Notes under the pieces: generated by a model
Told to the model about the DNA's origin: nothing
The model's database searches: none
The model's input: only the letters and a program-made list of their open reading frames with translations
Shown: piece by piece, positions 39,401 to 50,592 of the stretch
Position numbering within the stretch: position 1 is the first letter of the stretch
Layout of the letters: each line of letters starts with the position of its first letter
Assembly (NCBI GenBank): GCA_050273025.1
Contig: CP158635.1
Location: forward strand, 8,990,001-9,054,000
DNA from: Cenococcum geophilum
Lineage: Eukaryota
Direction of reading: 5' to 3'
Length of the DNA stretch: 64,000 nucleotides
Program-made: the position numbers and the translations under genes

Positions 39401-39515
39401 GGCAAGGAGCTTAAGGCTCCTCGCCACGCTAGTGCCGCGGCGACACGTGATGGCAACTTACCATCACGTGACGGCAGTTTGCCGTACGTGACGGCAAATT
39501 GCCTCATTCCCGACA
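33406..39515 (-). mobile_element. Copia-1: full-length Ty1/Copia, RIP-inactivated
   Basis: 208-bp LTRs (33406-33613, 39308-39515), ATAGT target-site duplication; minus-strand order gag, integrase, RT (DIT*AYTQ, LKPLYRIAEAGTH, QTDD), RNase H. Confidence 0.95.
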
Positions 39516-39869
39516 ATAGTAATTTAGTAAGGTAGGTTGTCTAAAAAATACGCTCGCACGGAGACTTTTGACGAGGGACTGTAGCGGCTAGCACTACTAC
39601 ACCCTAAGCTAATTAGCGGCCGGCGCCGCAGCCTAATACGCCACGGGTATTAGCGCTTGCGCTAGCTTTAGCAGCTAATTATAGAGCGCTAAGGTGGATT
39701 CCTCTCTAAAGGTCTAAGAGATTATAGGCGTCTTTTATAAGGGCTATACAGCTTCACTAGTAGAAGATAGTTCTATCGCCTTTAATGTTATATATCGCCC
39801 CCTAATATAGCGCTACTTAGCTTACTAATACCTCTATTTAAAAGCTTATCTCTTACTTTATATATTATA

Positions 39870-40576
39870 TCCGTAATAAAGCCTAATTATACCCCTAATA
39901 GGTATCTAAGTAGGATACTTAAAGTCCTTTATTTAGCCTATTTAGCCTACCTACTCTTTTTAGCCTATTAAAATACTTTATTAATATATCTAAGGATTCC
40001 TCTAATAGTAATAACTAGATAGATAATAATAGCTAACTTAATACTAGTAAGCCTAATACTTTCTTATTAAACTAAAGTATATAATAGTAAAGGCGGATAA
40101 GAAAGTTATAAGCTATAGTTAATGCCCTAAAATAAAAGGATTAGAGCTTTATATAATCCCTATTAATTTAGATTAAAGTAGGCAATATAGATAATAGGGG
40201 GGTTATAATTAGGCACTATTGGTATAGTTACATTAAAAGATAATAGTAAGTATTATTAAATACAGTTATAAAAAATCCGTAACTTAGCTATATTTAAAGA
40301 GTAGTTATACTAGTAGGGTCTTTTATTTTAGAGCTAAACCGCCTTATCTAGGAGCTATACTTTAATATATTTAATAGGACGTTAAATATAAAGAACTTAG
40401 ACTTTAAAGTCACCTTCTATACTATATAAGATATTACTTTAATATAGTATATAACTTTATTATAGCTACTTAGTAACTATATTAGGAAAATATTCGCAGG
40501 CTAAGATTTAAGTAGACTTTATTTAGCGCGTTTCGCGTAATTAATATATAATTAACTATAAGGGATATTACTATAG
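39870..40576 (+). pseudogene. RIP-degraded ORF fragment, possibly the N-terminal part of a DUF6589-type/transposon-associated protein; truncated by Gypsy-2
   Basis: De-RIP reading gives an acidic stretch, then RKLQAIVNALKQKDWSF and ELDRLIQEPYFN...ENLDF...TIQDIA..W...LLQLLSN; family assignment is from memory only. Confidence 0.3.
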
Positions 40577-42629
40577 TATTACGAAGCGAGTATAAGCGGC
40601 GATAATATAGAGCAAAGTAGATATTATTAAGCTATGTATATAAACTGAGTAATAAGGTTAAGACGTTGCGTAAGGAGAAAAGGTAGGAAAACGGGAAAAA
40701 AGGGCATATATTGTTAACTTAGTTGCTTAGTTAATACGTGCATAGGGTAGGATAGGGTTTAGGTTGTAGTCCTAGCAGAACTTAATAGAATTTAGTAGAA
40801 CTTAGCAGAATATAGTAGAATGCTATAGGTTGCTGTTAGATTGCCATTAAATTACTATTTTACGGTTAGTCTTTAATTGCTAAGTTGGTGGAAACAGGTA
40901 GATGTGTGTAAGGTGTTACGGGGGTATCCCGTAATAGTACCCCCTCTTTAAACTCAAGCTTTTACGAGATAGGGCTATAGTAGTTCTAGGTGGAGTTTGT
41001 AAAAGTCTTCTGTGGCTTATATAAATCCTATAGTGTTAATGGGTTCCTATAAGGACTTAGTAAAGCCTTTCTATTTTATAAAATATATATATTAGCATTT
41101 CCGTTTATTATACTTAATATTATTAATTCTTTTAACAAAGTACTTATTCTCACTATCCACTTTAATTAGTAGGGGAGGGTCCTATATTTGTTTAGGCAGG
41201 GCGTTTAATATAGGGGTAGTAGGGTAGAGAACTGACGTATAGAATACGGGGTGGATTTTAACCATATTAGGGAGCTTTAGTTAGTAGGCGTAGAAGGAAA
41301 TAACCTTTTTAACCTTATAAGGGCCAGCGTTCTTTTAATTAAGCTTCTTAGTAGGTCGTTTTGTATTTAGATTTCTTATATCTAGCTATATAAAGTTATT
41401 AATTTAGTAGGCCGGTGCTAGGGTTTATTTCTTATTTACTGCGGCTTTATAGACAGATTAAGCCTATATTATTTCGTTAGTAAGAAACTATTATAGTTTC
41501 TCTATCTTCTCTATAAATTTATTTACTTTTATAACTTATAAGGTGTAGTAAATAGGGCGAGGAACGTTACTAAAGGGTTTAAAACCTATTTATAGATACT
41601 AGCCGTAGTTAGCTAGGAATAGGGAGACCTTTATAGTTTCTGAGATAGAATTATTTATAGTAAACTTGGTAAATATAAGCCAATTAATCTAGTTATTTTA
41701 TAAGTATGACGTATATATCTAAATATACTATTCTATTATAGCATTTATACGTTTTATTTAACCGTCTGTTTTTAGGTAGTATATTATAAACAACAGTGCT
41801 TTAATATAAAGTTAGGTAGTTAGTTTTTTCTAAAATATAAAAACAAACTGGCTGCCTTTATTAGAGATAATTGTTTTAAGGAGTCCGTGGAGTTTCTATA
41901 TATAATTTAGAAATAGTTAGGTAATAGTAGGTATTAATATATTAGGGTAGGCGATTAAGTGTCTTATCTTAGATAGTTAGTCTACAACTACTATAATATT
42001 TATGCAGCCCTTACTTATAGGAAGGTTAATGACAAAGTTAATTAAGATATCCTTCTATCTTTGGTCCGGAATAGGTAGTGGCTTTAAAAGGCCATTATAT
42101 GTCTTATATAAAGCTTTGGCTTATTAATAGATATAGCAGCTAAAGATATATCTTTGTGTTATATTATATATATTCGGCTAATATTATTCTTATTAGAGCA
42201 GTTCTAGGGTTTTTCCTTAGCCTAGGTGGCCGGCTACCAGTAGGTTATATACGTGTTTAAGGAGCTTAAGCTTAAGTTTATTATAATTAGGGATAACTAG
42301 ACAGTTTTAGTAATATAAGTGGTTTCTATAAGCTTTATATTTATTTAGGAAGATTTTCTTAAAGCGTTTAACGCTGTTATAGATTAGCTTAAGCGTTTCT
42401 TAGATAAACTTGTTATTTAGGTATTTATTAACTATAATCTATTTAATTAATTAATTAGTTATTTTAAGGACGTATACCATAAGGCCCTTAGTAGGAGGGT
42501 TAAATAGTTTAAGATAAAGTAGGGTTTAGTTTTAGTAAGAGCGCGCTTTTTTTAATGCTGGCGCGTTTTACAAACGTTAGGTTAAAGCGTTAGGCTTTTA
42601 ACCTTAAACGCTAGGGTGATATATAATTA

Positions 42630-42736
42630 CGAGAATTCCGTTAAATTTTCCAAGGAAAATTTCCAAATTGCTGACTTATAGCCAGCAATTTGGTTCCTTG
42701 GGGAAATTTAACGGAATTCTCGCGCCTGCGGCGGGC
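42630..42736. repeat. ~93-bp terminal palindrome plus adjacent CGCC-TGC-GGCG hairpin
   Basis: CGAGAATTCCGTTAAATTT..CCAAGGAA..CCAAATTGCTG / CAGCAATTTGG TTCCTTGG..AAATTTAACGGAATTCTCG. Confidence 0.9.
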
Positions 42737-42764
42737 TTTTGTCCTTCTAAACTCAGTCTGCCTT

Positions 42765-43630
42765 ACTACTGCCCTGCTACTGCCCTCTACTGCCTATTAC
42801 TGCCCCCTACTGCCTATTACTGCCCCCTACTGCCCTTTACTGCCCCACTACTACCTAATACTACCCACTACCACCATTATACTATTTTTATTATTACCCT
42901 TACTACCTTTACTACTCCCCTTTTAAATACTAAAATAACTTCTTTTTTATTACTCCTAATATATCTTTATTTCCTAATTTATAGCTATATTTATTACTAA
43001 TACTTTAGTTACTAATTTATTATTATTATTATTATTACTACTATTTCTACATTATTATAATTATTATATTAGTTTATTAATTCCAATACTATATTATAAC
43101 TATTTTTATTTTTATTTTTATCTTTATTCTTACCTTTATTTATATTTATAGTACTATTATTATATTAATTCCCTTTTAATTTACTAACTTTACTACTTTA
43201 GATATAGCTATAACTTTTATTTTTACTTTTATTCTAATTTTATATAGTACTACTTTTACTATTATAAACAGTACTTTATATTATAGAATATATTTTATAT
43301 TTAAAATTAAATTCTTTCTTTAAAAATGTTATATAAGATAATTATATATACTAAAGACCTTACCATATGGACTATTATAAAGACTGTTAATATTTTTATA
43401 TATATTTATATAAGATAAGAGTGGGAAATAAAAATAAAAATTAGAGTATTAAAGCTTTAACTGCCCTTTACTGCCTATTACTGCCCTCTACTACCTATTA
43501 CTGCCCTCTACTACCTATTACTGCCCTCTACTACCTATTACTGCCCTCTACTGCCTACTACTGCCCTACTACTACCCTGCTACTACCCTACTACTACCCT
43601 ACTACTACCGCACTACTACCTTACTACTAT
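42765..43630. repeat. Two arrays of 10/20-bp (CTACTGCCCT-like) tandem repeats flanking a very AT-rich spacer
   Basis: TACTGCCCTC/TACTGCCTAT units at about 42765-42870 and 43459-43630. Confidence 0.85.
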
Positions 43631-43927
43631 AGAATTTATATAGCTACCTTATGGTAACGTAAAACTGCCTTTATATAATAATCGCGTAATATAGATTTAC
43701 ATAATTGATTACGTGACGTATATTAACAATAGCTATTTACATCATCGTTATTATCGTCGTCTTCTTCCTTAAGCAATAGCACCACTACCACTACCACCAT
43801 TACCACTACTGCTGCTACTGCTACTACGTCGTCTGCTCCTGCTCCTGCTACTGCTACTACTACTACCGCTAATACCACCACTACCACTACCACTACCACC
43901 GTTACTATTACCGCCGCTTCCGCCGCT

Positions 43928-44890
43928 ATGTCCGCGCCTAGCCGCGGTTTCTTATTCTTGCCGCCGCCGTCTTAGGCTGAGGTGCCTACGTGCGGGACTT
44001 TAGTCCCAGCAGATAAGCGTGCTAGTAAGTATTAGTACTATAAAAGAGTTTAAGAATTTAAGAAGATACTAATATATAAATAGCTGCTATAGCTACTACT
44101 GCCGCTAGACCCCTCCTCGCTCCTACTATTACTGCTACTACTACTCCCGCTGCCGCCGCCGCTCCCGCTGCCCCCGCTACTGCTGCTCCCCCCCTAGCTA
44201 GCTTTATAGCCGTGAATTAGCCCGCCGCCCTTCCGCCCTAAAATCCCTTACCTGCTACGCTCGCTGCCGCTGCTAAAGCTGCCGCCGCTAATACAGCCAT
44301 AATACGGGCGCTGCGTCCCCTGCCGCGCGTCTAGGGTGTGTCTCTATAGTAGGCTTTTAGCCTAGATAGAGCTCCTAGGGTCTACTAGGGGGTCCACCTA
44401 AAGGTTAGGGCCCTAAATACGGAGGCTGCCCTAGCGTAAAGCCGGGGTATAATAGCCCCGCAGGCTTATACGTCGTGCGTATAGGGCGGTGGCCTATTTA
44501 CGGAGTGTGTGCTAGTCGCTGGCTAGCTGCGCGGCAGCTATGCCAACTGCTATTATAGTAGTAAAGGGGCGCGCTACTCCTTCTAAGTCCGTAAGTTAGT
44601 AACGTAAGCCGTAAAAAGTATAACTAATAGAGATAATAGTGTCTGCTACCGCCTCCGCCTCCCCTACTATAGCCCGCTCCCGCTTCCGCTCCCGCTCCTA
44701 TATACCTCCTACTACCGCCACCGCCGCCAATAATAATAACAACGACGATAATAACGATAAGGAGGAGGAAGAGGCCCCACCTACCTATATCCGCCCCCGT
44801 CTTAGGCGGCGCGGGCGGGTTACAAGGCTACTCCGCCGTTTGGTGGCTGTGCTTAAGGAGGAGTTATTAGAGGATAAGGATGAGGAGTAG
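43928..44890 (+). pseudogene. Helitron cargo gene, DUF3716-like Cys-rich protein (RIP-degraded, two introns)
   Basis: Introns 44025-44083 and 44591-44639 (GTAAGT...CTAA...TAG); de-RIP exon 2 reads EAALAQSRG--APQACTSCVQGGGPFTECVLVAGQLRGSCANC-YS--GARCSF; Ala/Pro-rich N-terminus, acidic C-terminus. Confidence 0.75.
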
Positions 44891-45002
44891 GGGAGGGGGG
44901 GTAGAGGGGGGGTTTACTAGGCCCTATAGGGTATTTATAAAAGTTTTGCTGGCCCTATAAGGTAGTTGTAGAAGTAGTTATATAATAAAATAATATACCT
45001 TA

Positions 45003-48000
45003 TTACGAAAGTAAGACTTTTAAATAGATAATATTGTCTATCTTTATTTAATTTAGGGGAAGTAGTACCAAAATACCATTTATAGTAGTAACCCGAGATA
45101 GGGCAATATAGAGCTGCCTATAGGTAAAGACCGGTATACGTAAGTTAATACCGATAAAGTTAAAAGACTGCCCCTATAACTTGTTTACGGTTATAGTAAA
45201 GTATAGCCGGATTAGAAACTGCCTTCTACTAATAATAAACGGCAGTTCTCCCTCTATAGAGGTAAGCTTAATACAAGGGATTAGCCGTAGCTAGCTATAA
45301 AAGCTGCCGCTAAGCATCTAAGCTTTAATATAGCGGTGGCCTAGGCGCGTAATAACTATACAGGTGCCGTTACAGAGCCCTTCCTTAGGGTAGAGGTTCC
45401 GTAAAAGGATTATAGGCGCGCCTACCTTTAGGGAAAGCTTTAATAGAGGTAGGCTACTAGGGTTAAATATCTATAGGAGCTCTGCTAGCGGCAGTTCTAT
45501 ATAATTTTCTTCTCTAGTTTGCTCTATAGAGTCCATAAAATAAAAGGTATTTAGGGAGCCGTAAAGCCGCGTAAGGATAGCCTCGATAATCTTAGCCACA
45601 GTATTATTATAAATAGTTAGGATAGAGCGATTATAGAAGGTATTAAGAGTAGTATATGCCTAAGTAAGCAGTTGCGGAGGGTATATATACCCGTAAAAGG
45701 GTTCCTAGGACTAGAACTGGGCTATACTAAGCGGGATAGTAATACTGCCGGCTAGGGCTGCATTATAAGATAAGGCTTGTACCTAAGCTGCAAACCACTA
45801 ATTTATCTCGCCCTAGCAGACACGTATATTTAACCGCAGGGATAGTATACGGAAGGTAGGCTAGAGGAACAACCGCTGTAGGCAGGCACCTATAATGGCT
45901 GCGCGGTTCCCCTATAGGACGATAGGTAGTATCTAAGCAAAGTTACCGCCTAAGATAGTAGGGAGTCTGCTAAAGGTAGAGTTGTTAAAACAGACATCCG
46001 TAAGTATACGGTGCACGGCTTTAAAGTAGTAGCGGTGCTATATTGGTACCTTATCCCAGATAAGCAGAGAGGTACGGCGTAGAAGCTTAGTAAGATTTAA
46101 CCTTTTAGAGACGTTGCAAGTAGACTCTTTATATAGATTGATAGGTATTTAAAAACAGGAGTGGGTAGTACGGCCACTAGGTAGTAGGAGGGCTATAATA
46201 GTAGAAGAAGCTATATAAAGAATGATTTTACTATATAAGCGGTAGTAGTAGCAGAGGTAGTAATAGAGAAACGTTTTACTAGTACCTATAGGGCCCTAGA
46301 GAAAGAAGCGGGCCGTTTATAGATCCGCATCTATAGCGGTAATAATAGTATTAAAGCAGGCTACCTAATCTGTATTTAGCTGCTAGTATAGCTTAGTAAA
46401 CTAGCGTTCTTCCTCTATACGGTTATATTACTATAGCTCCGCTATAAGAAGTGGGTTACTTCCCTCCGTAATAACGCCCTACTAGTGCTAAAACTGGGGT
46501 AGGCTATAGTCCGTAAGTGTCTTTTACTAATCCGTAAGTATCTAATAGATAAGGTATAGGCCGTAATTAAGATAGGCGTTATCGTCCTTAGTAACTATAG
46601 AGGGAGTATTAGGTTAGTGGGCCAGAAAGCGAGGCAGATTATTATAGATAGATTGTTTAAAGCGGTCCCATAAAGCAACTAGCTCTATAATAGGGCCGTA
46701 AAGTAAAGCGGTTATAAATAAGGAGCGTAGCTAGGCGCTAACGGCAAAAATAGCGGCCTCTATTAAGTAATTAATTTACTTATAGTTATCCTCTAGTAGC
46801 CCTAGGGCTATATAGGCGGCCTAGAAGGTTAGATAAACTATACTAGCAACAGTACGGAGGTCCTTAAAGGAGGTAGGGCCGGGAACGGACGTTAGTAGTA
46901 GCCGTAAGTAGAACCTCTTACCTATAATAGGGCTGTAGTAATATATACGGCCTATTACGGTACCTTACTGGCGAGGACGCTACTCCCGCTATTTTGTATA
47001 AAAGACGTACCGCTTAGGGAAGTCTTAATATAGGCAGTTACAGCTACTATTATGCTCCGCGTTATACTTAAAGAAGGCTATTAAAGTAGAGTAGGAGAGC
47101 TTAAGGCGCTGCTAGATCTCCTCTATAGACTGGTTTAGCTAAAAGTATATAGGCTGCTCGCCTAGAAGGTGTACCGTAAGCTAGATTATGGGGGGGAACT
47201 CCTTATAAATAGGAAACTTAAATAGCCGCCAGATGGCCTTAGAGGGGCCAATTTAACGGCCCTATAAATACTAGCTTACTTTATTACCGTCCATAAGCCG
47301 TAAAGTAGTGCGGTTGCTCCCCTTATATATATACTTATAGATATACTTAACGGACCGCACGGAGGCGCAGACCTTAACATTTATATGGGTATAATACTTT
47401 ACGGTTAGATACGGGCAGTACGGAATAATTTAGTGGTTATCTATTTTAAATATAGCTCCCCCTAGTAAGCCGACAAACCATAACTGTAAATTATTACGAT
47501 GGTGGTATTCTGGATAGCCGTCCTTATGTATAACAGTAGTAGGGTTAAAAGGCTTAGGATACCGCTTTAAGTAGGTTAGCAGAAGGCCTAGCCCTAGCGT
47601 AACTATATAAGGAGCTTGCGGATTCTAGGAGCCGTAAGAGCCGTAAACCATTATTAACTTTACGATCTTAGTAAGATGGTTAGTAGGATTATTCTCTAGC
47701 TACGGAAGCTCCGCAGATATAAAATAGTCAATAATAGCTAGGTCTAATAGCCTATCGCGGTTATACGGATATAGGAAGAGCAGTAGGTATAGATAGGGCA
47801 GGCCCCGTTTTTGGTACTTAATAGTCTAGATAGAGCCGTGGTACCGGCTGAAGATCTACTTCCGTTTTAGGTCGTAAAAGAGGTAGATAAGCTTTATATA
47901 AAAGACGTATATAACTAAATCGGGCCTATCTATAGTAGTCTAGCCAAGCAATAGCTTACGGGTAATCTTATCCCACTTAAGGTTGGCAGTAAATATAAGA

Positions 48001-49620
48001 AATATACTAGGACGGCTATATTTATAGACAATAGCTATTAAATCCTAATAGCACTAGTTGATAAAGCAATCTCCGCTAAAAAAACTGGATAAAAGGACTA
48101 TATAGCGGCCTAATAATTTAGGGTCCAGATTATGGCGTATAAGAGTATCTATAATGCTATTATACAGGTCCGCATAAAGGGTTATTTAGTTAGAGCGGAT
48201 TTAGGTAAGCTTATTATGATTATATAGCGCCTATACATCTATAATATACTGCTAAAATAGCCGGCAGTAGGCAAAAGGGACTAACCTAGAGTTGTTACGG
48301 ATGTGTAGATAGAACTAAAAGTATACTCACTAGGTTAAACGGTCTTGCTAGTAGGCTTAATTGGAGTTATATAGCTAGAGACCCTAGTGCTAGCCAGTAT
48401 CACTATAAGGGAAGAGTAGTATATAGTGGAGCGGCATATATGCGGCATATATTAAGTTAATACAGCAGTACCGCGGCTACTTATTAGGCGTATAACGCCC
48501 CGCAAGCATAATATCGCGAAAGCGGGTATTACTATACTCGTCTAGTATAATAACGGCTACCTTATTACTCGTTAGGAGGTTTTTACGGCGCTAATTAGCA
48601 CTAGCCTCTAAGATAAGCCGCATCTATAGGTTTAAGATAATCTATAACAGGGCCGTTACGGGCTAAGCCTAAAGCCGTTTTCTTATAGTTTAATAAAGGG
48701 CGATAAAAGGGTTCCGTTCCTTAGATAGTATAGCAGTAAGATACTATAGAACAGTTATATCTAGCTGGGTATTAGGACGGGCCTATAGCCGGATATCTAT
48801 AGCATAACTAGGGTTATAAAAGTATAGCTAGGTATACCACGAAGTAGTATTAGTAGGAGGCTCTAGCGGGCCCTATAGATAGTAAAGCTTACTATATATC
48901 TAGAAGCAATTTGGGCCGCCATAGGCTATACTATGGTTAATAACGGTATAGTTTACGGATGTAAAAGCTAATGCTATATTATTTACGCGGAGCCGCTCCC
49001 TAAACTGCCTAGTAGAAGTACTATAGGACTCTAAAAGATCGCGTAGATATTTTAGTGGAGGCTGAAATAGAGGGAGGTTTATATCGCCGTGTTTATAGTA
49101 GGCTTTAAAGCGTGGATTACTAGGCGGTAATATACTAACACGTTTATTTACCTAATATAGGGCCGTGTAGAAGTTATAGGCAATATCTATAGGACCGAGA
49201 TCTAGCTGCTCCGTAATATGGCGGACTATAGTAATAGGACTATAATCTGGCTGCTCCGCAATAGGGCGGATTATAGTAATAGGCCTAATATTTAACTGGC
49301 CCGTAATAGGGCGGACCGTAGTGGGTTACGGCTGGATTAATATAGGTAGTCACAGCTGGATTAATACGGGCGGTATAAGGAGGCAGAAAGTAGAGGGAGA
49401 AGTAGTGGCGGAGGTAGTAGCGGAGGTAGTAGTGGCTGTAGTAGTAGCTATAGTTTGGTTTATAGGCTGCGGAGGGTCCGCTAAAGGTCGTTGTTGGGAC
49501 TGTCCCTTTCTTTTCTCCTATATATAGAGTTAGAAAGGCAGTAAGTAAAAAAAAAGAATAAAAAGAATTAACTCTATAAGATTTACAGGTCTTATACGGA
49601 GCTCTTTAGTGGGTTGGTAT
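45003..49620 (-). pseudogene. Helitron RepHel transposase (HUH Rep + PIF1-like helicase), RIP-degraded
   Basis: Rep motifs FTANLKW (~47980), TIKYQKRGLPYLYLLLF (~47800), VKYIYKYIYKG (~47330); helicase GPIGTSKT (~46285), IWDKVP, GGNFA*, ILLRNL, FTITVNKL*GQS, QLYIALSRVT; no C-terminal endonuclease; probable short first exon and intron near 49530-49586. Confidence 0.92.
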
Positions 49621-50592
49621 AAAGTTAGCGGAAGGGCGATCCTGTTTATAGGCGTTACAAAATATACAATTAGAAGGTATTTAGGTAGTAGGTAGGGAGT
49701 ATAGTAGGTAGGGTAGTAATATATAGAAGATATTTAAGCAGTAAGGGGTAGAAAAAGGTTATAAGGTTGCAAATTTAATAGGGTAGCACGTAAAGTAGTA
49801 CGTCCCCTTATTATGTGACCTGAACTAATTTTTAACTAATTAAAACCTTAGGTTTAACCTAAACTTAGTATATATTAGAAGAATTGGAAATAGGGTAGAT
49901 ATTTTAACTAGCGGGCCTAATAATAGCTTAGCTGTTTTGTGGTTATAAAGCACTATAGATTCTTATAGTTATTAAGGACCTTAATTAGAAATCTGGCGCC
50001 TTCTAGTTTAGGTCGCCATTGTTTAAAATATCTAATAATAGCCAGTAACTCTTTATTGTAAATCTTATAGTTATATTTAGCTAGGCTTAATTGTTTTAAG
50101 TAGTATACTATAGGGTATAATATTCTATCTTTGTTATACTAAAATAGAATGCCTTTAGTGATATAGTTAGATAAGTTAGCTTTTATAATACTTACTCGGT
50201 TTAGGTTAAAGTATTAAAGTATAGGCGCGGTAGTAAATATAACCTTTAGGTAAGTAAAGGCCTTTTTATATTCCTTATTAAAGATAAAGGCTTTATCTTT
50301 TTAGGTTAAAGCTATAAGGGGTAAAACTAGGGCAGAGAAGTTATTAATAAACTGTTAGTAGAAATTAGCAAATCCTATAAAGGCTTTTATATCTTTAACG
50401 TTCTTAGATTCTTACTAGTTTATAATTACTTTAACTTTTTTTAGGTCTATTTATATGCTATTTATAAAAATAAGAAGCCTAAGGTATAAGACTTCTATTT
50501 TATAAAATTTATATTTATTTATATCTAATTATAGACTGGCTCTATATAGGGCTTATAGGATAAGGTTAATATATTTCTAATATTTGGTTAGG

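Larger units (their letters stand above)
24974..39581. mobile_element. Non-autonomous Tc1/mariner-type foldback MITE (~0.78 kb of own sequence) hosting two LTR retrotransposons
   Basis: TA|CAGTCCCTCGTCAAAAGTGTCCGTGC ... GCACGGAGACTTTTGACGAGGGACTG|TA terminal inverted repeats with TA duplication; internal segments 25037-25340 and 33110-33400 are also inverted copies of each other. Confidence 0.85.
42633..49882 (-). mobile_element. Helitron-like rolling-circle element (7.25 kb) with RepHel and a cargo gene
   Basis: Removing it restores Gypsy-2 pol (de-RIP QARW-EYL--FQF|VI-Y-PG); minus-strand 5' end TCTTCTAATATATAC; no clear target-site duplication (2-bp boundary ambiguity); hairpins at the 3' end. 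Confidence 0.88.

Noticed and set aside
42765..43630. CRISPR-like or telomeric array
   Set aside because: Head-to-tail short units with no unique spacers and not TTAGGG; eukaryotic context.
49899..49905. ATATTTT resembling the Fusarium FoHeli 3' terminus
   Set aside because: It lies within the restored Gypsy-2 pol frame, outside the Helitron boundary.
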